Notes under the pieces: model-generated
What the model saw: only the letters and a program-made list of their open reading frames with translations
Told to the model about the DNA's origin: nothing
Database searches by the model: none
Part shown: piece by piece, positions 52,901 through 64,000 of the stretch
Position numbering within the stretch: the first letter of the stretch is position 1
Layout of the letters: each line of letters begins with the position of its first letter
Origin: Hemiscyllium ocellatum
Taxonomy: Eukaryota
Assembly (NCBI RefSeq): GCF_020745735.1
Contig: NC_083405.1
Span: 26,874,345-26,938,344 of the forward strand
DNA: 64,000 nt
Direction: 5' to 3'
Translations under genes and position numbers: made by a program

Positions 52901-53940
52901 ACTAGCCTTTCCTTTCACCCTAACAGGAATATACTGGTTATGGACTCTGCTTATCTCATTTTTGAAGACTTCTCATTTTCCAGCTGTACCTTTACCTGTG
53001 AACATCTACCCCCAATCAATGTTTGATAGTATTTGCCTAATACTGTCATAATTGGCCTTCCTCCAGTTTAGAACTTGGACTTTTAGATCCAATCTATCTT
53101 TTTCCATCACTAATTTAAAATTAATAGAATTATAGTCACCAGCCCCAAAGTGCTCTCCCACACTGACACCTCAGTCACCTGCCCTGCCTTATTTCCCAAT
53201 GGTAGGTCAAATTTTGCACCTTCTCTAGTACATACATCCACATCAGAATTTTTTTCTTGTACACACTTAACAAATTCCTCTTCATCTAAGCTCTTAACAC
53301 TATGGCAGTCCCAGTCTATGTTTGGAAAGTTAAAATCCCTGACTATAACCATTATACTATTCTTACAGATAACTGAGATCTCCTTACAAATTTGTTTCTC
53401 AATTTTGTAATATCTACTGGGGTGTCTTTAGTACAATCCCAATAAGGTGATCATCATTTTCTTATTTCTCAGATCCACCCAAACAACTTTCCTGGACATA
53501 ATCCCAGGAATATCCTCCCTAAGTTCAGCCATAACATTATCACTAATCAAAAATACCACTCCCCATCTTCTCTTGCCCCTTTTCTATCCTTCCTATAGCA
53601 TCTATACCCTGGAACATTAAGTTGCCAGTTCTGTCCATCCCTGATTAATGTTCCAGAGAATGCAAAAACTGCCAATGGGAGGAACACATAAAACAAGCAA
53701 GAGGAGGCCAGTTAGTTTAACCTCTGTAAGTAGGAAAATATTAGAACAAAGCTCTGTCAAGGTCATGCTGTTGGGTAAAGTCAAGGGTGAAATAGATAGA
53801 TTTTTAGTCAGTGAGGGAAGAAAGGATTATGAATATAAGGCAGGAAAGTGGAGTTGAGGATGATCAGATCAGCCATAGTCCCACTGAGAAGCAAACTGTG
53901 ATGGATTGAATGTTCTCCTTCTACTCTTACATTTTATACT
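50000..53940 (+). mobile_element. Old CR1 LINE (plus strand) split by a younger minus-strand CR1
   Basis: EN/RT remnants at 50000-51030 resume after 53645 with RPVSLTS and a CR1 3' tail. Confidence 0.65.
51035..53645 (-). mobile_element. CR1/HER1 LINE, 5'-truncated and frameshifted ORF2
   Basis: ORFs 51100, 51369, 52000 (YMDFSKTF..VPH), 52469 and 53110 (DFNFPNIDW). Confidence 0.88.
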
Positions 53941-54833
53941 TCTTTGCCTACAGCAGCATTTTGACAAGAGGTGCAGTGTACTCCAAAGTGCAGCAATGCA
54001 GCACAGAGCCTTATTGTAAGTGGATCAGATGCAGTAAGGCTGGTACATGTCCTATGCCAACATCCATAGATGGGAAATGTATGCAGCCATTGTCTATTGA
54101 GTATGCCTTGAGATGTTGGGACTGGTGTCCAAGTTGGAGGCTTGGAGGAGCAAGTAGCAAGCTGGACCCATCAGGTACCTGCTCTGACTTGCATGTCAGT
54201 AATTACTGTCACCTAGTTTCTAACTGGCAGTTTAGGAGACTGTGAAACTGTATTTAACGAGGTGAGATTAACCAATAATGAGATGCTACAAATGGATATA
54301 AATAGGCCTCTTGCTGCTCAATTCATGTCTCACTGGTTAATATTTAATTGGAAAATGTTTTGCTGTCATTGTCAGGCATCTCCTTACTGCCAATCTTATC
54401 CTATTTTCGCAACTTTCTCACCATGGCCATCCCAGGGATGTATAGACTATGCGGAGTAGCCATGATAAATGTGGAGTTACAGGGACCAGTGGTGTACTCT
54501 TTGGAGAGTTGGTGCAGACTCAATGGGCCGAATGGCCTCTATCTACACTGAAGTTATCTTATGATGTTCAGTGGCTGGGAAGTTTCCAGCCGGTGTTGTC
54601 AGCTCAACAAACCCACCTATTGTTTCTGATCTGACTTTGAGTTAACTTCTTAAATCAACATGATTCCAACTATTCAAGTGACACATGAACTATGAACTAG
54701 ATATTTGCAACATTACACGTTATGTATTTTATTACGTCTGCATAAAACGATGGGCAAATTCTCATTTTTATTTTCAAACCTTTCCATGGGCCATCTAATA
54801 TATCTCCTTAAACCTGTTTTATTTTAAATCATT

Positions 54834-55019
54834 ACTGGAAAAGCACAGCAGGTCAGGCAGCATCCAAGGAGCATGAGCCCTTCTTCAGGAATGAGAAAGA
54901 GCTTATGCCCGAAACGTCGACTCTCCTGCTCCTTGGATGCTGCCTGACCTGCTGTGCTTTTCCAGCAACACATTTTCAGCTCTGATCTCCAGCATCTGCA
55001 GTCCTCACTTTCTCCTCGA
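54834..55019. mobile_element. Palindromic Penelope-like pLTR mini-insertion
   Basis: Inverted arms with a 15-bp TSD TTATTTTAAATCATT at 54819-54833 and 55020-55034. Confidence 0.85.
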
Positions 55020-55559
55020 TTATTTTAAATCATTCCCCGTCTTATTGTTTCACCGCTGTTGACTCACCTTCAAAGCCCTATACCTTGATGTTGCCTCAAT
55101 AAACTTTCTCTATCTCCGTCTTTTAAGACACTTTTAAAATCTTAGCACAATGTCTATGCTTTGGTCTAATTTTGCCTCTTCTGGCTCAGTGACAAATCTG
55201 TATTGCTCCTTTAAACCACGCTATAGCTGCTATACAAAATGCAAGTTATTGAAGTTGTGCCATAATAAGCAGTTTTCTTTGACGTGGACGTAATTATTTC
55301 CCTTTTCCTCAAATCGTAACTGGATTGTTGGTTCGATTATTTTACTCTGCATGTAACTAAATGCTGCTGTTCAAACCAATTAGGAAATTTGGTGTTTTGC
55401 GAGAAACGGCAAATAAAGAAGTTTTATTCTTAGTATTTCTGAGAGAAGACTGCCAACTGTGCAGCTAATTGTGCCACCAAACAATTGCACATTGAAGAAC
55501 CGGGATTTCCATTTCGGGGGAAGGTAACTTTTTAAAAACATCTTGTGCCCCGGTAGTGC

Positions 55560-55753
55560 CCCTTTAAGTGTTTGGCTCTGTCAGAGTCAGAGGCGGAAGC
55601 AGCAGCACTGGGCTGACAAGTTGGTCATTGTCACATGACTGGGATAATCCAGTCCAGGCACGAAATCGAAAGAAGCTAGTGCTGGTTTCAGTCAGTGGCT
55701 TGGTGCAGTGGGAAGGGTGTGAGACACTCGGGGGGGTTTGGTGCAGTGGACAG
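55560..55753 (+). promoter_or_regulatory. Promoter and non-coding first exon of the next gene (probably SNX10 by synteny)
   Basis: Local GC/CpG rise, ETS-like GGCGGAAG near 55591, GTCACATGAC 55630-55639, perfect CAG|GTGAGT donor at 55754. SNX10 follows CBX3 in the same orientation in human; no coding exon was recognised here. Confidence 0.5.
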
Positions 55754-56879
55754 GTGAGTGAAAGCCGGCTGCTGGGAGCCGGGTTGACTGAAATCGATAG
55801 CTGACTGTAGTTGTGGCTGTATCAGTTTCGCGCCAGGGACACAAGTTGCAGCATGCGAACCTCACCCCGGACAGTGGTAGAGTCATACAGCGTGGAAACA
55901 GACCCTTCGGTCCAACTGACGCGAAACATCCATTTAGTATCTCTTCCATCGCCTGAGGGGAACCCCGCCAACAGTTTGGTGGAGAGAGGGGTGGGGAAGA
56001 AGCTGACATGTGAATTTTTAAAAAAAATGCAGCAGCTTCATAGATTTAAAATACACAAGCTATCTGTGCCGCTGCGAGTGATGACCGAGATTGCTAAACT
56101 AGCATTACCCTCACTATTGTACCAACCGGAAAGAAATCTGTTTCCTAAGCTAAACTAGTCGCACTTGTCTGCGTTTGGCCCATATCCCTCCAAATCTTTC
56201 CTCTTAGTAGATGTTTGTCAAAAACCTTTTGGAGAAGCGGTACTTACCATCAGTTAGATTTGTAGCATTTGACATGTCTGTTTTCTTACCCTTTTTAAAA
56301 TAATACCTGCACTGTCAAACCGACTGCTTCCTCATTTTCATTTTCCCTTTGATTGTGGCTCTTGGTCTTTTCCTTTCATTTCTAGCTGGCAGCTGTGTAT
56401 TGATTTTTTTTTTGTAAGTGAAGCTACCCAGCGCTGTACTAAAGCCCTATGGAAAACGGAAAAAAAATGTTAGAAATACTCGGTCATCGAGACATCCAAT
56501 GGGCAAGTGTTTATGTTAGGGTCGCCAGGTCCTGCCTTTCGGTTTTACCGTTTCCTCAATGAAAAAAGAACAAAACTGAAGTGAATGTAGAAGTTGACTG
56601 GAAGTGCCCGGATTCAGAATCACTTGTATATGCGGCAGTTTGGATACAATATTGAGACACAACCATTATGAGAAGAATGTGACTCATGCCAAAAGCGTAA
56701 GCAAGGATAATTTGATCATGTTTGTGCAACACGTTCAGGAAATATATTTCTTTTCCGGTTTGTAGAATGGTGAGGATAATACCTGGCAACCTCGGTCATC
56801 AGTCAGAGTGGCACAGAGTTATAAAACACAAGCTATGAAGCTGCTGTATATTTAAAAGTCACCTTTTAGGTAACTTTTT

Positions 56880-57452
56880 TTGAGGTTTATAAAAATTTGA
56901 GGGGCATGGATAGGGTAAATAGAATGTCTTTTCCCTGGGGTGTCTTCTAGTTCTAGACTAGAAGACATAGGTTTAAGATGGGAGGGGAAAGATAAAAGGA
57001 CCTACGGGGCAACTTTTTCACACACCAAGTGGTATGTGTATGGAAGGAGCTGAAAATGTGTTGCTGGTTAAAGCACAGCAGGTTAGGCAGCATCCAAGGA
57101 ACAGGAAATTCAACGTTTCGGGCCAGAGCCCTTCATCTGGCCCGAAACGTCGAATTTCCTGTTCCTTGGATGCTGCCTAACCTGCTGTGCTTTAACCAGC
57201 AACACATTTTCAGCTCTGATCTCCAGCATCTGCAGACCTCACTTTTTACTACTATATGGAAGGAGCTGCCAGAGGAAGTGGTGGAGGCTGTTAAAATTGC
57301 AACATTTAAAGGGCATCTGGGTGGGTATATGAATAGGAAGAGTTTGGAGGGATATGGGCCAAACACTGGCAAATTAGGTTTGGATATCTGGTTGGCATGG
57401 ATGAGTTGGACCAAAGGGTCTCTTTTTGCACTTTACATTCTCTATGACTCTA
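56880..57452 (+). mobile_element. CR1 3' end interrupted by a PLE palindrome
   Basis: gaggtttataaaa...ggcaactttttcacac...[insert]...ctgccagaggaagtggtgg...ctctatgactcta. Confidence 0.8.
57053..57254. mobile_element. Young palindromic Penelope-like pLTR mini-insertion
   Basis: Near-perfect ~80-bp inverted arms. 14-bp TSD TATGGAAGGAGCTG at 57039-57052 and 57255-57268. Confidence 0.9.
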
Positions 57453-57961
57453 TTTCATATTATTCACCACACTCCCAAATGGCTGGTGAGGTTTTTCCTT
57501 CTGCACAGTTCCAATGACACCCAAACAAGTTTTACTCATGGATGATAAGTTTTAATAACAACAACTACTTGTTTTTGTGTAGTGTCATTTCATGTACTTT
57601 GAGTCCCCATGAGTGCCAAGTGATGGAGTGACTAAAATCAGGTATGCTTATGATGGCAATATTGTAGTTTGGAAGTTTGGTTGGTTGAAAGGGATTACAA
57701 AGATTGGAAATGGCAAGGACATGGAGAGAATTGGAAATAAGGATGATGGTGTTGTTTAACCAGGAGTCAGTGAGGTCCTAGCTGATGAACAAGTGGAGTT
57801 TGGTGTATGTTACATTACGGATGCTTCTATTTCGAGGAGCTGAAGTCTGAGGATGGAACATGAGAGTTTGGTCAGGGGGCATAGAATTAATCAAGACTTT
57901 GATTATTGCTGCTGTACTAGCTGATTGTAACTTTCCTCTGCAAAATCGATTTAGCCTGCTC

Positions 57962-58608
57962 AGATGTTGTCACTTATCTCAAGAGGGTTGGAATATAAAA
58001 GCACCGTTGTGCTACTGAGACTTTATAAAGCTCTGGTTGGGCCCCATTTGGAGTACTGTGTCCAGTTTTGGTCCCCACACCTCAGGAAGGACATACTGGC
58101 ACTGGAACGTGTCCAGCGGAGATTCACACGGGTGATCCCTGGAATGGTAGGTCTAACATACGAGGAACGGCTGAGGATCCTGGGATTGTATTCATTGGAG
58201 TTTAGAAGATTAAGGGGAGACTTAATAGAAACTTATACGATAATACATGGCTTGGAAAGGGTGGACCCTAGGAAATTGTTTCCGTTAGGCGAGGAGACTA
58301 GGACCTGTGGACACAGCCTTAAAATTAGAGGGGGGGGGGGTCAATTCAGAACAGAAATGCGGAGACATTTCTTCAGCCAGAGTGTGGTGGGCCTGTGGAA
58401 TTCATTGCCGTGGAGTGCAGTGGAGGCCGGGACGCTAAATGTCTTCAAGGCAGAGATTGATAGGTTTTTGATGTCTCAAGGTATTAAGGGCTATGGGGAG
58501 AATGCGGGTAAGTGGAGTTGAAATGCCCATCAGCCATGATTGAATGGCAGAGTGGACTCGATGGGCCGAATGGCCTTACTTCCACTCCTATGTCTTATGG
58601 TCTTATGG
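57962..58608 (+). mobile_element. Young CR1 LINE 3' fragment (open 185-aa ORF2 C-terminus)
   Basis: LYKALVGPHLEYCVQFWSP...LERVQRRFTR...FFSQSVVGLWNSLP and tail cttatggtcttatgg. Confidence 0.9.
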
Positions 58609-59964
58609 CCAACATACCATAATTTGGTTGAGACTGCATTGTTCAAAAGGGGAAAAAACATGCAGAATGGGTCTGCAGTCTATAGCGAGTGGTTTGCTGT
58701 TGAACCAACTCCTTGCTATCTTTGCCATTTCAAGCTCACCATTGGTCTGTTTTGACTTCCCTACTGCCCCATTCAAGAATTTTGGTTTACGTTTCTTTAG
58801 GTGTCACACACTTTGAATTTCTCTCTCTGTTGCTCTCTGGCTTTCACCCGGAGCACTGCTAGCCATTTTCCTTGGGTATAAACTTTCTCCCTGGCCCCTG
58901 AACCCCAGCATTACACCTTGCTGATGCCCAACCTGTTCATTTACACTCTGAAAGCCATAATGGTGGTCACAGCCAATAACCAACCACCATCTCCCTTCCC
59001 AATTTATTCCAAGTTCCAGTCATTCGAACTGAGATTCCCTATTGCCATCCTTGTCCCATATCTATGAATGTCTCTGCTTCCAGCCCCCACTAAAGCTTTG
59101 ATTCCCCACTCCTTCTAGCATTGATTTCCCCCATTCAACAGATCCAATGCTCTTAAGTCTTTGGAAATCTCGACAGATGGACACCCTTGATCTGTAACTG
59201 GCTCTGGCAGTCAGTCCATTGACATGAGTGACCAGACCTTGACTCCCTGACTGACAATATGCAGCTCCCCTGACTGTTTGTTTGTGTTGGGCTGACTGCG
59301 GAAAATTCCCTGGACTGCACTGGGGCAGATCCCTGTGCTTTGAGTGTTCCAAATGGACTACTGACTTTGTGATGGAATGTTTGTACTGTGTCTGCTACTT
59401 TCCAAGTCTATATTAGGATAATTCAACTTCCTCATTATCACTGCTCTTGCATTTCCGTATAATCAGTCTGCTGCCGTGTGCCCCTACCTCCTGACTATTT
59501 GACGAACTTCAAGATACAGCGATTGACAAACTCTTCTATTTTCCTTTAATGCTAACCAAATTATGTATTTGACGACTCAATGACATCATCTGACTTTAGT
59601 ACTATTGTAGTATCATTTTGTTTTGCTCCTTCCCTCCTTTTCTTGAACACTTTTTTTTGGCTATCTTAAGTTTCCAGTTGCTTCCCTTGAGCGAGGTTTC
59701 TGTTGTTGCTTGTAAAATCTAATTCTATGTGATGACCTGCAACTTGCCAACCTTAGTTACTCTGCATGTGGATAAGCACACACTGTACTGAATACTATCT
59801 CATTATGCCTTGAATTTCCCCTTATTTGATGCTTTTCTTTCTTTTTATGAACTCTATTTCACTCCGAGAGTGATTTCTCTCTTTTATCCAATGTCTCATT
59901 CTGGTTTAACCATCAATTTACCAAATCAATGTAAATCTCCCTAATGTATTAATAACTAACTCTT

Positions 59965-60092
59965 TAAAGTATTGTGAAGGTTTGGAGCTGGTTGTGTTCG
60001 TTGGTCTGTTTGTCAAGTTGATAGGTTTATTGGCAGACATTTTGTCCCTTTCTAAGTGACATCGTAAGTGCTGTGTTGTCTCTTATGAATCT
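59965..60092 (-). mobile_element. Degenerate pLTR of the Poseidon-type PLE family
   Basis: Colinear similarity to 17393-17525 (aaagt.tgtga...gtcccttt ctaagtgacatc...agtgct...tgaa). Confidence 0.55.
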
Positions 60093-61798
60093 TCTCTTTA
60101 ATAACAATGAATCCAGTTCTGTTGAAGTATAATCCCCAACTTTAACTAGTTCCTGCTGCCCTAGGAATCTAAAGAACACTGTCCCATACCATTTCCCCAT
60201 ATATGATGGTTTACAGTTTCACTGTATACGTTAACTTAGTTACTTTCCCAAACACGTTGGATCGTACATATTTTTAACTTGCGTGTTCAGTCACGTTATG
60301 ACATGTTGCTGGGTCCAGTGTGATTTGAACTCTGACCTTCTGGCTCAGGAATAGAGAAGCTATCACTGTGCAACAATGTCCCATTTACCTACACAAAATA
60401 GCCTTTTGCAGGAATTACATCACAACCATTGAGAAGATAAACAAAGTCACAAGGAAGTGGAGTCATCAATACACTGCAGGTCATCACATAGAATTAGCAG
60501 ATAAATCTTATAGTAATCCCATTGCCATGGTGAGAAAAGTTCAAGAAATGTAAAACAGAGCAAAAGGTGAAAAGTGAATGCTTAGTTAATGAAATTCTCA
60601 ATGAGTGGCAGTTAGTGGTAACTACACAATCATCATTGTATTCGAGGAAGAGGGTAAGTGAATGATACTTTTAAACAACCTGTTAAAACATGTTATGACA
60701 CACCTTGGGTGCTTGTGGGACATAAACCAAGTCTGACCCAGAGTCAGAGACACAAACAACTGCACCACAAAGGCCCCCAGAGGATTTGAGGAGCATTGGA
60801 ACAATATATTTCACACAGCTGAGACCGATGCAGGTTGTTATTGTGTTGTCTTTTGTGAGGGAATGAGAGAGTGTGTTCAGGAGTAGAACAAATTCAGTGA
60901 TGGCGAATGGTTTCTGGGTGTCACTTTGGTTCAGAACTTCCAGTTCTTAATTATTCTGGAGAAAGTGCAAATATGAAGTCATTTATATCAATGGTAAAAG
61001 GCGAACTGGAGCCAGGAAATCTTTCATGTGCTTTCATCTGTAGTTACCACCAACAGTTACCACCACAATGTTTACAGTACTAAACATTGCTCCATTCTAA
61101 ACAGGAGCTTGCAGTATTACTTTTACATTGAGACAATGGTTTTGCTTATGCTTTAATATGAATGTAGCTGAATAAGTGAAGAATTTGAATGTTTGTCAAT
61201 ATGTACACATTCAGGCGATTAGATGTGCAACTACATCCAGTCGCAGAAATCTATCCTGACAAACAGTAATTCCAGCACCTTTTTAATATTGCAGATGTCC
61301 AGAAGTATTTCAGAGAATAAAATATATTGCGTATTAACAGGAGAACTTAGGAAGATGACTATGATTTAGGAGACTTTTTCATCTTTGGAGAGAGAAGTAA
61401 CAAGATATGGTTTAGGAAAGCATTGGAATGCCTTATTGAAAAGGAGGGAGAGGAAGAAGGGCACAGGAGACTAAACTCTTGGCACCAAATCTCTGTTTTG
61501 GAACACTGGTTAGAAATGTTTGTAGAGATGAGGTGGGGTGAGCCTATGGAGGAATCTGTGAAAAATGACATTGAATTAAATTAAACATTGAATACAGTTG
61601 ATGAAAAACTAATTGTTGTGTGTACTTAGAATGTGAAGAGATTTGGGGGAAACATGATTGTCATTCAAGAGAGTATATGGAATAAATTCCACATTTTTCT
61701 GACTTTTATACTTAAAACCTGTTTTATGACTATGCTGATTTTAAGATGATGTTGCAATGAGATTGGCAGGGAATTGAGGTGCAAATTGAGACAAATGG

Positions 61799-61857
61799 TT
61801 AAAAATCTCACAACACCAGGTTTAATAGGTTTAATTAGAAGCACACTAGCTTCCACT
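61799..61857 (-). mobile_element. ~60-bp fragment of the third PLE-like family
   Basis: ttaaaaatctcacaacaccagg...gaagcacactagctt matches 62970-63150. 10-bp TSD AGACAAATGG at 61789-61798 and 61858-61867. Confidence 0.7.
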
Positions 61858-62929
61858 AGACAAATGGGTGTAATTTCCTGATCCCATTCCCCTTCATACC
61901 AGGAAATTCTACTCTGTGGAATGCTTTGATGATATCTAACTTATCTATCCCTGATGTTATAATTGTTTGTTTATTTCCTGAAAATATAATTTTCTGAATA
62001 GCAGCTATTCCCTGTGTAATAGCAGGATTTTTCTAGCTTTCCCAAGTTTCCATGAACCTATTATGAACCTTAACAGTAAGGTAGGATTATGTGGGAGCCA
62101 GGACTAGAGGGGAATTTCAATATGATTTTTTCTTCACTTGTATTGTTCTTGAAATCTAACTTTTTATGCCAATGCTTCTATTTTCAAAAGGACCGCTGAA
62201 TAGAGTTGTTTCTATCTGAATATTCAGCATCACTTTATACTGTAAGAGTTGCTCATGCAAATTGCATAACTACAAACCATAACATACATAGTTTAGTTAA
62301 TAGGCACAATTTAACAATTATGTTGATGACTATGCTGTAACTTTGGAATTATATACAAAATTTGTTTATGCTGAGTAGTTACTATTTTGGTCATTTGTTT
62401 GTGTTTTCTAGTTGTATTCTTATAGTTGGAAATATTCCTGGATGCTAAACGCTCTTGCATACATCCATAAAAATCTGTCAGGTCCATCCTTTACAAAGTG
62501 ACAGTCTAAGTGTCTCTAGTTTTACCTGATAATCCTGAGTAAAAGGACATATTTGCCTACATTCAGCTACATCTTTTTCTGGAGGCATGAATCCAACTGA
62601 ATATGCAGCAGTGTTTGCTACCAGTCTCAGTCCAGCATTAATTCTCTATTTTATGTAGAGGATATCATTAATGTGTACTAATAACATGCCTTTATGGATC
62701 TTAATTTCTGATAATTTCCTGCTGCACCACTGTAAAATGTTTCAAAGTCTGTCCCAGGCAATTTTGTGGTCTGAGTGAAGCAATTAATTTGGTGCTTTTT
62801 GAGCTGTGTGCAGAGCCAGCTGACAGTGGAAGTTGTTATCCAACTAATCTGGATTGATTTTTAATTCCAAGAAACTGCCTTGGAAAAGTAATACATTTAA
62901 TGTGCTTTTACCCAACCTCTCCATTTGTT

Positions 62930-63150
62930 ATGCTTTGGAGATGTTGGCGTTGTACACCCCAGTCCAAAGTTAAAAATCTCACAACACCAAGTTATAGTCC
63001 AACACTAGCCTTCGGAGCGCTGCTCCTTCATCAGGTGATTGTGCAGCAGTGTTGTCCCACAATCACCTGATGAAGGAGCAGCGCTCCGAAAGCTAGTGTG
63101 CTTCCAGTTAAACCTGTTGGACTATAATCTGGTGTTGTGATTTTTAACTT
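62930..63150. mobile_element. Palindromic hammerhead-bearing mini-element, third PLE-like family
   Basis: Inverted arms 62966-63044 and 63058-63151. 12-bp TSD TCTCCATTTGTT at 62918-62929 and 63151-63162. Confidence 0.8.
63064..63098 (+). ncRNA. Minimal type I hammerhead ribozyme motif, intact
   Basis: cacCTGATGAaGGAGCagcGCTCCGAAAgcta|gtg: stem I CAC/GTG, 5-bp stem II, palindromic AGCT in place of stem III. Predicted cleavage after 63095. Confidence 0.8.
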
Positions 63151-64000
63151 TCTCCATTTGTTGTAATTCTAAGGACCTTTCAAAACTTTCTAAAATGTTT
63201 GTATTTATCACAAAGTCATGCATAGCGGAGTGAATGAACATTGCCTTCAGGTTACAGAATCATAAGTTGGTTACAGCATGGACTGAGACCTTTTTTCTTG
63301 GTCTGTCTGTACTCTCTGTCTGACAAGCACAGCATGCCTAGTCCCAATTCGCTGGCTTTTTCCTGTAGTCCTAAAATTTTTTTGAGGTTTCAAAAGGGAA
63401 CTGAATAATTACCTATCATTGAACTTACTTTCATCACATTGTCAGGAGGCGCATTCTAGATCCGAACCACTTGTTTGGATTTTTTTTTGATGGGTAAAGC
63501 TTTTTATTTCATATTGTCTCTGGTTTTTGTGCCAATAAGTTTCAATTGTTCTTCTCTGGTCTTCGATTCTCCTGCCAGCAGAAGGATTCTCCCTTTTCTT
63601 TTATTTTGTCTGGTTCCTTCATTATTTCAACCACCTATATCAAATCTCCTCTTATCTCTCCACAAAACTAATGTTCTTCTTGGAATTCTCAATATTTGTG
63701 AAGTTATACTTTCTGTAAATGTCTAGACAAAGCTGTTCACTGTGCCTCAGGTCACATGACAATAAATTCAATTCAGTTCAACAAATGTGAGCTGTTCAGT
63801 TGACTGGGTTTCTAGGTTTTGGCTTCTGTGTTAATTGTTGGAATTTTTAAAATGCAAGAGGTGGCAACTAAATGCTAACAACAACCCCGTTACTTTCTTC
63901 CACTGCTTCCTTTATCCTAATTTCTTTTTCTTCTAATCTACTGAAGATACTGATTCCTACTGAGGTCCAGTTCCATTAATTCAGATAATTCTCTACAAAT

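Noticed and set aside
57053-57254. Short palindromes as DNA-transposon MITEs or miRNA precursors
   Set aside because: Asymmetric arms, variable 10-16 bp TSDs and identity to the 3' ends of RT/GIY-YIG-bearing fragments (34066, 38095, 43245) indicate Penelope-like retroelement origin.
57964-58521. 185-aa ORF as a host gene
   Set aside because: It is a CR1 ORF2 C-terminus followed by the CR1 3' UTR and tail.
55754-64000. SNX10 coding exons
   Set aside because: No PX-domain-like peptide was recognised. Acceptor-like sites near 61294, 62190 and 62411 could not be tied to a conserved frame.

Overview
AT-rich, repeat-dense vertebrate genomic DNA. The repeat set (HE1-type SINEs, CR1/HER1 LINEs, Penelope-like elements) points to a cartilaginous fish, probably a bamboo or carpet shark; this is inference. 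The left end holds the 5' half of HNRNPA2B1 on the minus strand (six coding exons, truncated at position 1). It lies head-to-head across a CpG-enriched bidirectional promoter with a complete six-exon CBX3/HP1-gamma gene on the plus strand, the orthologue of the mammalian A2UCOE locus. A second promoter and non-coding first exon near 55.6 kb probably belongs to SNX10, by synteny only. The most striking non-genic signal is a population of short Penelope-like insertions from at least three families. They carry minimal hammerhead-ribozyme cores (CTGANGA...GAAA), are mostly inverted or palindromic, have 10-16 bp target-site duplications, and in several cases show junction microhomology suggesting twin priming. 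Other points of interest are a candidate 29-nt HNRNPA2B1 micro-exon with an overlapping stop/start, an in-frame N-terminal extension exon of CBX3, and two large fold-back structures in CBX3 intron 4. All calls were made by eye and repeat boundaries are approximate.
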